This document shows, one piece after another, positions 43,838 to 58,500 of a stretch of 64,000 nucleotides of DNA. Each line of letters opens with the position of its first letter. The first letter of the stretch is position 1. Both the position numbers and the translations under genes were made by a program. Source of the stretch: Lingula anatina (Eukaryota; Animalia; Brachiopoda); the NCBI GenBank assembly GCA_051362555.1, contig CM120649.1, positions 992,001 through 1,056,000 of the forward strand. The letters are read 5' to 3'. The notes beneath the pieces are model-generated. The model had not been told where the DNA came from, did not search any database, and worked only from the letters and a program-made list of their open reading frames with translations.

Positions 43838-44799
43838 CATTCCTTAAAATGCTAAGAAACTGAACAATATGCACTTTTCTGACATATTTCAAATAATGTT
43901 GTATACAAGATAACAAAGAATCCAAATGAAAAAACACAGAGCAAACAAGGCAGTAAAGCTGTCAAATTTACAGACAAAAAACAGAAAAGAATAATGCACA
44001 AAATAGAATAATGTCAATTCTGATGCAATAATATGTACATTACGCTTAACTGCAAAGTCAACATCATAATTTAATTATGCCCAACAGGTAATACCAATGA
44101 AAGTAAAAGCATAAGGCTTCAGGCCCATGAGAGTTCACGTTAACACTTAGAAAATGCCACAATAAGAAAAATGACAATTTCAAAAAAATTAAAAAAAAGA
44201 AAAAAAAAATTGCATTGATTCAATTATAAATGATAATCACGTATGTCAATCCTAAATCATTCTTGTAAGTTATAAAATTATAAGTAACAGTTTTCTTTTT
44301 TATCATAACATTTGTGATGACAATGCATGGGTAGTTTTTTGTCAATTTTGATGCAATATTACAAAATGATTAACTGTATAATTACCAATTTTGAATTTTA
44401 ATTATTAAATTATTAAAATAATATCTTCTATTAATAACATGGGCATCAATGATAAGGTTTATTTCTGTGCTTGTTTTGTTGTGCCTAGCTTTTGTTTGTA
44501 ATATATATATTACATTTAGTAAAATTTAATTAGGTATTTGTCTATGCCATATTGTTTGTTTAAATGTCATGTTAAAGAATTATGTAGATTTAGTTTTTTT
44601 TACAACTTATAACTTGTTACACTATTAAACAATGTTTACAAATATAATTAATTAATTGCAAATTTATTGTTAAGAACTTAATAAACTAATTAATGTAATA
44701 ACAAGCATGTTTTTATAATTTATCTATATATCTTTACATGTATCTTCACCTGTATGTCTTTATATATATACATTTCATTATTTTTTTGTTTGCAAAAGA

Positions 44800-45714
44800 A
44801 ACAAGGCAGCAAAGCTGTCAAATGTACAGACAAAAAGCAGACAATAACAATGCACAAAATAGGCTACTGTCAATTCTGATGCAAAAGTACATTATGCTTA
44901 ACTGCAAATTCAACATCAAATTTTAATTATGCTCAACAGGTAATACCAATGTAAGTGAAATGTGTAACAAGCGTAAGGCTTCAGGCCCATGGAAGTTTAA
45001 GTTCACACTTTGAAAATGCCAGAATGAGAAAAATGAAAATTTCACATAAAACTGCTTAAATTCAATAATAAATGATAACCCATTTGAGCTGGCTTTCTTA
45101 TTTGAACTGCATGCCAATCCTACAAATCATACTTGTAAGTTGAAAATAATAATAAGTAATACAGTCTCTTTTCATAATGTTTGTAGTAGCAGTGCAAAAA
45201 GATTTTTGTCAATTTTGATGTAACATTACATAATAAATTACAGAATAATTATCACCAATTTTTGATTATTGACTATAAATAGCATGGGCATGTAGAAAAT
45301 TTGATTACCATTTGGCTTTATGGCCATGGGAGCTTCGAGTCCCACAATAAATATGCCAACATGATAAAAGTGAATATTTTACTAAAATGTATAACTTCCA
45401 GAAAAAGAAGCCAATTAGACTGCTTTTCCAACTCAGGCTGCATTTTAGTCTTTAGTTTCTTTTTTGAAAGTTTGACAATCATAAGTAACATGGTTTTCCC
45501 ATAATGGTCATCATGGCAGCAGCACCCAAAATTGTGTTTTCTTCTATTTTAATGCAATATTACATAATGCTTAACAGCAGAATGACCCTCAGTTTTTAAT
45601 ATTAAAGATCTGTATCATGGATTTTCAGAAAATGTGATTAGCATGGGTCTTCAAGCTCGTGGAGGTTCTTAAGTCACACCTTGAAAATGCCAATAGATAA
45701 AAATTAAATTTTCA

Positions 45715-45756
<42 letters not shown>

Positions 45757-46876
45757 AGTTTAACTGCCAGAAAAATTTACCAAACAGACTGCATTGGCCA
45801 CTGAAGCTTTATTCATGTCCCATGTTTCTATCCTGTAAGTTTGAGAACAGTAATGACAAGTTTTCCTTAAATGGTCATCATGGGAGCAGTGCCAAAAATA
45901 GGGGTTTCTTCAAATTTTGATGCAATATTACATAATGTTTAACAGGATAATAACCATCAATTTTTAATAATAAAATATTAGTATCATGGATATTCAGAAA
46001 ATGTGCCTAGCAAAGGTCTTCAGACCCAAGGAACTTCAAAGTCATACCTTCAAAATGCCAAAATGTAGACAAGACAGCACTGTCCTGAAATGTTTTTTTT
46101 TCCATTTTTAACAATTTTTTAACATATAACAAAATTAACAATTTACTGCCATTTTTATATGATCAACTTAGAAAATTGATGAGATGGGAAAAATATCAAT
46201 AGAACAGTGTTTAATGTCCAATTTCCTCCATTCTGAGTTTCTGAACATAGTGAATGAATGAATCTGACAAACTGCAATGATATGAGTTTTTTTTTTCCAT
46301 TTTTGAAACTCTATTTTACAATACATGATGACAAGTTTACCATCATTTTTACATAATCAACTAACAATGTTGTAAAGATGCAGGAAATGTCAAACAAACA
46401 CTTTTACGAATCTTATTAGTTAAATAATGAGACTGTTAACATGCCTAAGAATTGAATCTGAGGAAATGTGAAAAAACAGCATAACTTATAAAATAATGGC
46501 CTGATTATGCTGATTTTCGAACTTGACCTGCATTTTAGTAAGACTGATTACTCCTGTGAGTTTCATGACAACAGGTCTATCGGTTTTCCTTGAAATGTGT
46601 TAACAGTGTTGCATATATGCTAAAAAGTGAAAAAACAGCATAAATTCTTCAATAATGGCCCGATCATGCTGATTTTCGAACTTGACCTGCGTTTTATGAA
46701 TATTAGTCAGCTCTGTTAATATAAAACCAAAAAGTAAAACTGTCTTCCACTTATGGTGTTAACGCTGAAAGTGCACGGCGACGGCGACGGCGACATGATC
46801 GGCGACGGCGACGGCGACGGCGACGACAGACGCAGGTGATGGCAATATGTACAGACACATCTGTGTCTGTACATAA
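44800..46876. mobile_element. Helentron-associated (HINE/DINE-1-like) non-autonomous element with internal degenerate tandem repeats
   Basis: Absent at the paralogous site ~63555. Starts ACAAG; sub-terminal ATGTACAGACA at 44822-44832 is complementary to the terminal hairpin TATGTACAGACACA-TC-TGTGTCTGTACATA (46846-46875); (GGCGAC)n microsatellite at 46776-46825; A-rich flanks. Older truncated copies start at ~43945 and ~62871. Confidence 0.65.
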
Positions 46877-49800
46877 TAAAAATGTTAAAGAAATGGGAAG
46901 TGAGTATCATAATGGTAAATATCCTTGGTCAATAGCAGATGATATATATATTAAAGGGTTAAATTTAACATCATCAACTGAAAATGCTTAAGTCTTACTA
47001 ATAAGATGAGTAGTCTAACTGATAGTTTTATTGTATGAGGGATACATAGGTAAACAAATTATCAACATTTGTTTTAGTAAAATATATTTTGTTGCTTCAT
47101 ACAACATACAGATGATTATTTGTGCTTAATTTTTGACTGAATGGCAACTTAGTAATAGAAACAGTATATATGTATGCTTAAACATATTTTAATGGATTCA
47201 TAAATTTTTATCTTAAAATAACGTAACCATTGTTAATTTTTTCAGATATATATATTTAAAGGACAGAAAGAGTATTAATTATAAAGTACATTGCCTGTGA
47301 ATACAACTGATATATGTTAACATCTAGTTGTATTCACTGGAGTGAATAAATAATGTGTAATTTGACTTTATATTTTTTATTTTACTAATATTTTATTAAT
47401 CCAATTTTTTTCATATAATGGTATTGAGTATTTTTTATATAAACAGAATATGATATGATCAAATAACTACTGTTTGGGTAAATTTAATTAAGGATGATTT
47501 TAAGTAAAATGGCTTTAACTTTTGTAATATATAATTCTATTGGTTACTAGATTATTAAATTTTATTTGCGAAAGTTTTGAGGCTGAAAACTTATTTGAGC
47601 ACAAGATTTATTATGATGGTTTATTTGAGTTCAAAGGTGAGGGACTGCGCTAGGATTCTACCGTGTATTTACACGTACTTGAATGAAGTCAAAAGTAAAA
47701 GATGTGTGTGAGAGTTATCTTCCAGATTCTCAGTGGAAAGCTAATGAGACAAAGATAAAAAATGTTATTTTGTCTAGTAATTTGTAATAAATATTTGATT
47801 GAAGCTGAATAAACAACCTTTTTGATGTTGGAACTGTTGCTTCTGACATTGGCATCACTCGCTCACTGATACTTTAAATACCCCCATCTTTTCAGTGGGC
47901 AAAAATTATCAATTATATTTCTATATGGCATTTTACTGCAAAGACTGGAACTTTCGTGTAACCCACTTTCTTATTTTGCTGTTACCACTCAATAGGAATA
48001 TTCATATTTTAAGAAATTATTATCTGCAAAATTTACACTCATTGAAAAGATGGAAAAAGATAATAATTATTGTATACAATGGTGCTAAAGGGTTGTTGAA
48101 ATATACAGGATATTAAGTTTTTGATTAAAGTGAAATGCACTAAATATTATAATCACAAAGCCAAAAAAGTTCACTGTTGTTCAAAATATTTTAATCCATT
48201 TCTGAAGTTATTTTACAATGCCACTTTTCATGTTACGGTACAAATCATTTGCTTGTAAAATGTCCTAAATTTCAATTAACCAAGTCAAATTAGACAAAAA
48301 TATTTTTAATATCTTCAAAAATTAACCAAATGCTCTTTACTAAATGTTTTATGAATGGCAAAAATACTATTATCCAAAAGTATTTAAGTAAATAGAAGTC
48401 TATAAATGCTGAATCAACTGAAGCAGTTTTGTTTTAATTTAATTAAAATTACTTTGGACAGACTTAAATTCAAAAGGGTAAAAGGAGATTTGATTCCAAC
48501 AAAAAACAGTATTAAAATGTTGCAAATTTCTTTATCTATTTGCTGTTATGTATTTTAGAATATTTCTGATGGGTAACTGGTACTACATTTTAAAATTTAT
48601 ATTGCTACAAATAAAATAATTGAATCTCATCTAATATCACCACATAATCTGAGGCAGAAATATGTTAGAACAATTTGTCACTTTGTGTGTCACCCACTTT
48701 TAAATATCTTATAAACTTGTGTCACCAACCAAGCACCTCTCAAACTGAATCAGCTGTACCTAAAAATGTTCTCAAAAATACAAACTTAAAAAAAATAGAA
48801 ACTGCAACTGGAGATTAAAAGTAATTTGTGGTTTCAAATAATAGAAAAAATAATCTAAATCTACTAAAATTTTATCTCAAGCACCATATACCTGAAGGCT
48901 AAATTGCATCATTACAAAAATGTTTTTGCACTGTTCTTTCCAAACTTCTTTCTCTTCCTTGACCATGCACCTAAAAAATCAGAACTTAAGATACAAGAAA
49001 ACCAAACTTTCTGCAGCTCTGTTTGACAAATTTGAAAGGCTGTCTTAAGTTTTCAGTTCTATGAAAACAAAGTTTTGATATCCGCAATGCGTGTTTCTCT
49101 TCGTTGCTTGGCCGTCTGTTTCTTTCCAAATGCTCCCTGCATCAGTTTGTGTTTCTTCTCCTGCAGTTCTAACATGTGTTCTTCCACAGAATCCTTCACG
49201 ACGTACTGAAACGTACGAATCAAACAAATTCTTAGACTCCATGCTGTTACTGTTATCTGCTGTGACAGATCTACTTTGGCTGTAGTTCACATATTCCTTT
49301 ATAAACTTATTTATCAAAATTGTTAAATCCATGGTGTAATCTCAACTCTATAAGATTCTGAGAATATTCAGCAATTATTTTATAACATAAAAATTTGACA
49401 TATGCATATTTCCATATTCTGTCAACCCTTTCTACTTCTGAGCACAAGGGGGTAGCCTTGGCTCTCTCTCCAATTTCACAGTGTCTTTCTATAATCTAAG
49501 AGGGATATAGCTCTGTAAATATTTAACAAAGTTGGGTGGAATTCATACCACACCTCAAGGTAATTCCTCAGGAATTACACAATGTAAATGTTACACATAG
49601 CTCTGTGTCATTCTTGAAGGCATTTACAGACAACGTACGTTGTTCTATCCATGTGTATACCTGATTGTAACTGGCTTTAGACGCATTCATAACAGAGGGC
49701 CAACAGATCCATGGATCACATATGGCTGACTCACTTGAATGCCTGGAGTGTAATTCCCATAGGGACTCTATTCAGTGCTAAAAGGGGATTATGTAGCCTC

Positions 49801-52800
49801 TTAAGTGAGTCGGCCATATTTGATCTGCTGAGATCTGTTGATCACTGTTGTAAATGTGGCATTTTTCTTACCTTTGTGATGATGACATCCTTGGTTTGCC
49901 CGAGACGATGACATCTGTCAAAACATTGCTCCTCGGATGCTGGGTTCCAGGCCTGGGGGGAAATAAATAAATAAATAAATAAGTAAATAAATAAATACAC
50001 AAATAACCAAATAAAAAATAAATAAATAAATAAGAGAGTGGGCTACTGTGAAATAACCAACTTTTTAATGTTTTGTGTCTGAATTACTACGTGTCACACC
50101 AGGATTCCAATTATTACAAAGTTTTTATCATATTCAGTCAGCTAAATTATTCTACTGAAAAAGTCTACTTGTACCATTGCAATTGAATGATATACTGCTA
50201 CAATGACATATATGTTAATTTTAATTAAAATCCTTAATGAATATGTTTTGAACAAGTTACAAATACAACAGAAAATATTAACAAAAGCCATGCTGAAGTA
50301 TTTACATATTAGTTGTACTGCTAATGAAGAATGGCAAACATCCCTTAAAACTAATAATAATTAAATTGAATTTGTTTTGTGGCAAGTATTGTCTTCCTGT
50401 GTTTGTTAAATCTGAAAATCAGAGGAAACAAATTAAGAAAAGAAAAGGGAAAAAATCAGAAAAAAAAAACTTACCGGACCCATCAAGAAAACCCTGGAGG
50501 CAGCAGTAAGGTTCAGTCCCATACCTCCAGCCTTCAGTGAGAGGAGGAATATTGTAGGGGCACAAGGGTCAAGGTCAGAGAACTGCTCAATGGCTTGTGT
50601 TCTCTTTGCAGCTGTCATGGTGCCATCAAGGCGAGCAAACTTGAACCCAGCAGCTCTGTGGGGGGAAAAAATGTAAGTGAAATTTCTTTATGTAATTACA
50701 GTGTTTGTAAATTATAATCCTACTGGGCCCTAAGGGCAGCAGGAACTGAGAATCTACTGGTCCAAAGGAAAAGTGGTTACAAACTGAACAAATCTGGAAC
50801 CAAGGCAGTATTACCCTTATTGTACATTGCATTATACAGTTGAAACAAATGACAGGCAAATAGACAATATTTGTCTGATAAATTTTAATAATTTTAATAA
50901 GATAAAGAAATGTAAACATTCAACTTTGGCCCCACACCAACTTACTTGAGTGGAGTCTCTAGGACAGTGAGGAAGGAAGTGAATTGCGAGACAACAATAC
51001 TCTTGATGGTTGGGTCATCCTTCCCATGGGCGTAACTAGGCATACGCACGGATGCACTGTGCGTACAATTTTTTGGCCAACCATGATATTATTTTATTTT
51101 TCACGGAATATAAAAGAAAATCCTCTGCTTATTAAAGTCACCTGTATGTACAAGTCCTCTGTATCAATTGTATAGGCACAATTATTCTGACCCCCCCCCC
51201 CCCCCCCCCCCCCCCCCCCGTCTTGCAAACAGAGTTAAACAATGCCTGTAACCTTAACAAGTCCTATCTTAATCGTCCATCTAACTGAAACTTCCTTTAC
51301 CTTTACCTCTTTCAAAGAGCAGCTCCCGCAACCCTGGAGGCACTAGATAAAATCTGGACACCAGGTTTAAGAAGGAGTTAGAGAAACAAAGGAAGAATTT
51401 CTCTTGCAAAGCTTCAAAGAATTTTGACATGGACTTGACCCAGCTTACCCCTCCAAACTAACAGGCTGACATGGGCAATTTTTACAAACAAATAATTAAA
51501 CTTAGATGTATCAGAGCTCTGTCGTGTCGTACAATTGGTTGTTTTTGGGAGCCATGCATCCACATGTAAGGTGAATGAAACCGTATGTTAGATCAACTCA
51601 GAGGTGGATCCAGGATTATTCGAAGGGGGTTCCACATATGCGAAGCTAGCCTCCTTTTAAATAAATATACCGTTCTGGGTAATAAGAATATTGACACTTT
51701 TTTAATTGCGAAAATATTTCTGACTAAATAATGATTTTATTATTAATGGAAATTAAGCTGCGATGTGTGGTACATATGCTGTAATTACGCTGTCCTTCAT
51801 CTCTTGCGTTAGTCTACATTTTGCTGGGAATTTTAAAAATCTGTGCGTACAATTTTTAAAGGTCTGGTTACGCCTCTGGACTGAACTACCTACTTCTGGG
51901 TTATATACACGAACATCAGACCACGTCATCTGACAAGGTGATGATATTTTCTGCCAAGGACGGTGGGGGATGCAAGGGTAACCCATAAAATCACGTCAGT
52001 TACATTGTCTTTAGACCGGCCTAAAATGCAGCTAAACGACATTTTAATATGAGTAATATTTACTATGTCACTACATGTACTCATTTATTTGTGAGAAAGT
52101 TTTTGAATAAATTATCTGGAAAGAGAAATTGTGAAAATTCCAGTCAGTTCTATATTTCTTTAGTTGTAATCAGCCAATAAACATTTATCAACAATATTCT
52201 CCTGATTTATCGAGCATCTGGTGCGCGTTTTTTTTTCTGAATAATACATGTATCATGATTGTATGACCAACAACATTTAAAAATCGTTATCAACTAAAGA
52301 TCTAGTTGCGGTTTACTACTGGTAGCTTCTTATTTTCCGTATTATCCTCTCACCACCCTCCTTGGACCCATGGACTGTTACAGAATCACCTGATTTTATT
52401 AAATATTAACGTGTCTATAATTCATATCTAGTAAACATGATAAGAGACAATAGTAATTGATATAGGCAAGTGCAGCGCTGTTAAATTAGTTAAGTGCCAA
52501 ATTTGATTTTTTTTTTTTTATAGGTCGATGTGCTCTTCAGACAAGCTCCCATTCCCCGACATCCTGTAACCGTGTGTTTATATAGTTTCTTTTTTTATAT
52601 CTTAGTTCAATCAACCATGGATTTGCGCTAAATTCAGCCTTCCGTTTCGTGAAAAATGTTTAGAAGCCACGCAGTTCAATCATCGAAATCATTATTTAAA
52701 GGATATTCTAATTTCCAATTCCACATTATTATTTTAATATTGAAAAATAAATCATCTCCATAAATTTGTGAAAATTATACTTGAACTTACAGAGGTAAAT

Positions 52801-52890
52801 GTAATAGCCAATTATCAAGATTAATTTCAAACACTGCGATTAAGTTTATATTCTTAGTTTAAACATATTTTAGATGGCCCCTTTAAACCC

Positions 52891-53865
52891 GCACTAACTG
52901 TAGACTTGGGTGTACATGAGATCACACCTCACTCGTACTGATAGCCGGAGTCACCTGAGATGTACGCTGCACCACGAGGCTCTTGATACAGGAGATAGCA
53001 GAACTGGGCTAGTTTATTAACCCAGACGCTGATTGTCTGCGAAGTTCTTGTAAGTAGGCACTCTGATAACATTTTGTACAGAGACATATTGTTTACTGCT
53101 CAGTGCAAAGACAGTAGAATGTCAATAATTAAGCAGTTATTACCTTCCCCGCCCGACACTACCAATGAATAACATCTTATTTTACGTGGGTTTGGAACTT
53201 TCCAAATACTTTCAAACAATAGTTTTTTAAGTCAACACAAAATGTAGGCTTGGGTGTACGTGAGAACACACCTCACTTGTCCTGATAGCTGGAGTCACCT
53301 GAGATGTACACTGCACCACGAGGCACTTGATACAAGAGATAGCAGAACTGGGATAGTTAATTAAACCAGACGTTGATTGTCTGTAAAGTTATTCTAAGTA
53401 GGGACTTCGATAACATTTTGTTCAAGGAGATGTTGTTTACCGCTCAATACAAGGAAAGGAGAATGTCAATGATAAAGCAGTTATTACCTTACCCGCCCGA
53501 CACTACTAATGTCTAACATCTTATTTTACGGGGTTTTGGAACTTTCCAAATACCTTCAAACAATGATTCTTTAATTTTGCACTAACTGTAGACTTGGGTG
53601 TACATGAGAACACACCTCACTCGTCCTGATAGCTGGAGTCACCTGAGATGTACACCGCACCACGAGGCTCTTGATACATGAGATAGCAGAACTGAAGTAG
53701 TTAATTAACCCAGGCGCTGACTGTCTGTGATTTTGTACAGGGACATGTTGTTTTCTGCTCAATATTAAGGCGGGGAATGTCAATGATTTAGCATTCATTA
53801 CCTTTCCAGCCTGCAACTACCAATTCACCCGGACTTTGGTACTTGTCAAATATTTTCAAACGATT
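52891..53865. repeat. ~340-bp unit tandem triplication inside the composite transposon
   Basis: CTTGGGTGTACRTGAGA.CACACCTCACT.GT.CTGATAGC.GGAGTCACCTGAGATGTAC recurs at ~52905, ~53249 and ~53593. Confidence 0.85.
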
Positions 53866-53871
53866 TACGTA

Positions 53872-53909
<38 letters not shown>

Positions 53910-54222
53910 ATTTTAAAAACGTGCTACATGTGCATCTCAGTGTTACTTACACTACCAAATAAAAACTAAAACCACAAAGATAAATTAAAAACTAACATAA
54001 AGGTATTTAATATTAAAAGATTAAAGTTAATTAAAATGTTATTTAAATTCTTTTCAAAACAGTGATAAGAGTTAAGACACATTTGATATGTTAATAAAAT
54101 TGGACCACAAAAGAAGTGCAGCAATCTCCAAACTCCTGTATCAAAATGTTTTTAGTCTTTTTGGTATCGTTTCACTTCAGTTAAAATTGACCGCTGGAAA
54201 GAAGAGTTTTCAAAGGAGTTCT

Positions 54223-54269
<47 letters not shown>

Positions 54270-54490
54270 CATGTAAAGTCAAGAATTTCATCTTATAGAC
54301 TATTCTTTGAGGCTGCATGTGGGTAACCAATGAAGATCGTGGAGAACTGGTGTCACATGATATGGTGGGACTTTTGAATTTGCGAAGGGAACGAGATGCT
54401 GAATTCTGAATAGACTGCTTTTTTCCAATTTGATAGTTAGGCATTCCGAACAACAGTGCCACAACATGATTCAGAATTTAGCTCGATACA
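54270..54490 (-). mobile_element. LINE (L2/CR1-group) reverse-transcriptase C-terminal fragment, degenerate
   Basis: Frameshifted translation LLFGMPNYQIGKKQSIQNSASR ... HVTPVLHDLHWLP ... QRIVYK, typical of the L2 ORF2 end. Confidence 0.7.
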
Positions 54491-55195
54491 AGCAGACAAT
54501 GCAGCATAACCTGCAGTTCGTTCAGTGCCCAAAGTTGATGTTTCAGTTAGCCTCCTTTTAAATAAATATACCGTTCTGGGTTAATTAGAACATTGAAACT
54601 TCATTAAATCGCGAGAATATTTTTGAGTTAAATGATAATTTTATTATTAATGGAAATTAAGCTGCGATGTGTGGTACATATGCCGTGATTACACTGTCCT
54701 TCATCTGTTGCGTTAGTCTACATTTTGCTTTACGTGCTGGGAATTTTAAAAATCTGTGCGTACAATTTTTAAAGGTCTGGTTACGCCCCTGCTTCCTCTG
54801 CTGAATCAGGGCCTTCATCAAGGCATCCACCTGAAATCACAATGGCAGTTGACACACAAATATACAGCTGAACATCTTAGACTAGTAATATTATATTGGC
54901 CAAAAAGTGGTTAATTCACTTAAAATGATGCTATTTGTAATATATCATTTTCCCTTTTACATACATTTCCCTTGACCTGAGCAAATAAGTATACTACCTT
55001 GTGTACACATATCATGACAGAAAAATATTGAACCCACTTCTTCCAGTAAAATCACTGCAAAGGTTCTACTAAATGGCATTTTCTAGAGCTCAGGCATAAA
55101 TTTTAATTAACTAATCAACTTCTTACTGTAAATCTCTACATTTGAGTAGGTTGTGTATATATCTGCATGACCCCCACGAAAATAAAGGTATGACA

Positions 55196-55443
55196 CCTAC
55201 CTTGGCACTGGACTGCCGTGGTCCCTCTATTGTGATAACACTTACCTTGTCACTGGACTGCCGTGGTCCTTCTATTGTGATAACACCTACCTTGTCACTG
55301 GACTGCCGTGGTCCTTATATTGTGATAACACTTACCTTGTCACTGGACTGCCGTGGTCCTTATATTGTGATAACACTTACCTTGTCACTGGACTGCCGTG
55401 GTCCTTCTATTGTGATAACACTTACCTTGGCACTGGACTGCCA
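55196..55443. repeat. 45-bp minisatellite (5-6 copies) derived from an HLTF exon end plus splice donor
   Basis: Units start at 55201, 55246, 55291, 55336, 55381, 55426; the minus strand reads CGGCAGTCCAGTGACAAG|GTAAGTGTTATCACAATAGAAGGACCA. Confidence 0.9.
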
Positions 55444-55589
55444 TATTTATCAGATCAAAACTGTAATTTCTATTATCTTAGGATCAAACCTGAATTGCCA
55501 CCATCACAAAATTGGAAAAGTGTCGTTTTATTATATGTTTTTCCTGAGCACTATTTCATACCTTTCTATCAGTGTTTTATTTATTTATT

Positions 55590-58500
55590 TACTTTAGTTT
55601 AAATCCATACCTTACTATCTGTAGTAACAGTCTGATATGTAGTCAACACAATATCTTGTTGTTGTATATTATTATATTATTTATTTATTTATTTTAGTTT
55701 AAATCCATACCTTACTATCTGTAGTAACAGTCCGATATGTAGTCAACACAATATCCTGTTGTTGTATATTATTATATTATTTATTTATTTTAGTTTAAAT
55801 CCATACCTAACTATCTGTAGTAACAGTCTGATATGTAGTCAACACAATATCCTGTTGTTGTATATTATTATATTATTTATTTATTTTAGTTTAAATCCAT
55901 ACCTTACTATCTGTAGTAACAGTCTGATATGTAGTCAACACAATATCCTGTTGTTGTATATAATTATATTATTTATTTATTTTAGTTTAAATCCATACCT
56001 TACTATCTGTAGTAACAGTCTGATATGTAGTCAACACAATATCATGTTGTTGTATATTATTATATTATTTATTTATTTTAGTTAAAATCCATACCTTATT
56101 ATCTGTAGTAACAGTCTGATATGTAGTCAACACAATATCTTGTTGTTGTATATTATTATATATTATTTATTTTAGTTTAAATCCATACCTTACTATCTGT
56201 AGTAACAGTCTGATATGTAGTCAACACAATATCCTGTTGTTGTATATTATTATATTATTTATTTATTTTAGTTCAAATCCATACCTTACTATCTGTAGTA
56301 ACAGTCTGATATGTAGTCAACACAATATCCTGTTGTTGTATATTATTATATTATTTATTTATTTTAGTTTAAATCCATACCTTACTATCTGTAGTAACAG
56401 TCTGATATGTAGTCAACACAATATCCTGTTGTTGTATATTATTATATTATTTATTTTAGTTTAAATCCATACCTTACTATCTGTAGTAACAGTCTGATAT
56501 GTAGTCAACACAATATCCTGTTGTTGTATATTATTATATTATTTATTTATTTTAGTTTAAATCCATATCTTACTATCTGTAGTAACAGTCTGATATGTAG
56601 TCAACACAATATCCTGTTGTTGTATATTATTATATTATTTATTTATTTTAGTTTAAATCCATACCTTACTATCTGTAGTAACAGTCTGATATGTAGTCAA
56701 CACAATATCCTGTTGTTGTATATTATTATATTATTTATTTATTTTAGTTTAAATCCATACCTTACTATCTGTAGTAACAGTCTGATATGTAGTCAACACA
56801 ATATCCTGTTGTTGTATATTATTATATTATTTATTTATTTTAGTTTAAATCCATACCTTACTATCTGTAGTAACAGTCTGATATGTAGTCAACACAATAT
56901 CTTGTTGTTGTATATTATTATATTATATATTTATTTTAGTTTAAATCCATACCTTACTATCTGTAGTAACAGTCTGATATGTAGTCAACACAATATCCTG
57001 TTGTTGTATATTATTATATTATTTATTTTAGTTTAAATCCATACCTTACTATCTGTAGTAACAGTCTGATATGTAGTCAACACAATATCCTGTTGTTGTA
57101 TATTATTATATTATTTATTTATTTTAGTTTAAATCCATACCTTACTATCTGTAGTAACAGTCTGATATGTAGTCAACACAATATCCAGTTGTTGTATATT
57201 ATTATATTATTTATTTATTTATTTTAGTTTAAATCCATACCTTACTATCTGTAGTAACAGTCCGATATGTAGTCAACACAATATCCTGTTGTTGTATATT
57301 ATTATATTATTTATTTATTTTAGTTTAAATCCATACCTAACTATCTGTAGTAACAGTCTGATATGTAGTCAACACAATATCCTGTTGTTGTATATTATTA
57401 TATTATTTATTTATTTTAGTTTAAATCCATACCTTACTATCTGTAGTAACAGTCTGATATGTAGTCAACACAATATCCTGTTGTTGTATATAATTATATT
57501 ATTTATTTATTTTAGTTTAAATCCATACCTTACTATCTGTAGTAACAGTCTGATATGTAGTCAACACAATATCATGTTGTTGTATATTATTATATTATTT
57601 ATTTATTTTAGTTAAAATCCATACCTTATTATCTGTAGTAACAGTCTGATATGTAGTCAACACAATATCTTGTTGTTGTATATTATTATATATTATTTAT
57701 TTTAGTTTAAATCCATACCTTACTATCTGTAGTAACAGTCTGATATGTAGTCAACACAATATCCTGTTGTTGTATATTATTATATTATTTATTTATTTTA
57801 GTTTAAATCCATACCTTACTATCTGTAGTAACAGTCTGATATGTAGTCAACACAATATCCTGTTGTTGTATATTATTATATTATTTATTTATTTTAGTTT
57901 AAATCCATACCTTACTATCTGTAGTAACAGTCTGATATGTAGTCAACACAATATCTTGTTGTTGTATATTATTATATTATATATTTATTTTAGTTTAAAT
58001 CCATACCTTACTATCTGTAGTAACAGTCTGATATGTAGTCAACACAATATCCTGTTGTTGTATATTATTATATTATTTATTTTAGTTTAAATCCATACCT
58101 TACTATCTGTAGTAACAGTCTGATATGTAGTCAACACAATATCCTGTTGTTGTATATTATTATATTATTTATTTATTTTAGTTTAAATCCATACCTTACT
58201 ATCTGTAGTAACAGTCTGATATGTAGTCAACACAATATCCAGTTGTTGTATATTATTATATTATTTATTTATTTATTTTAGTTTAAATCCATACCTTACT
58301 ATCTGTAGTAACAGTCTGATATGTAGTCAACACAATATCTTGTTGTTGTATATTATTATATTATTTATTTTAGTTTAAATCCATACCTTACTATCTGTAG
58401 TAACAGTCTGATATGTAGTCAACACAATATCCAGTTGTTGTATATTATTATATTATTTATTTATTTATTTTAGTTTAAATCCATACCTTACTATCTGTAG

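Larger units (their letters stand above)
51025..54791. mobile_element. Composite non-autonomous hAT-like DNA transposon (~3.77 kb) inserted in an HLTF exon
   Basis: TIRs CATGGGCGTAACTAG / CTGGTTACGCCCCTG; CTTCC duplicated at 51020-51024 and 54792-54796. Removing the element and one CTTCC restores the frame QQRKDDPT. A second internal right end (51647-51878) duplicates 54548-54791. Confidence 0.85.

Noticed and set aside
52891-53865. Captured gene exon in the triplicated transposon cargo
   Set aside because: The frames examined contain stops and no recognisable domain; a BLASTX search would be needed.
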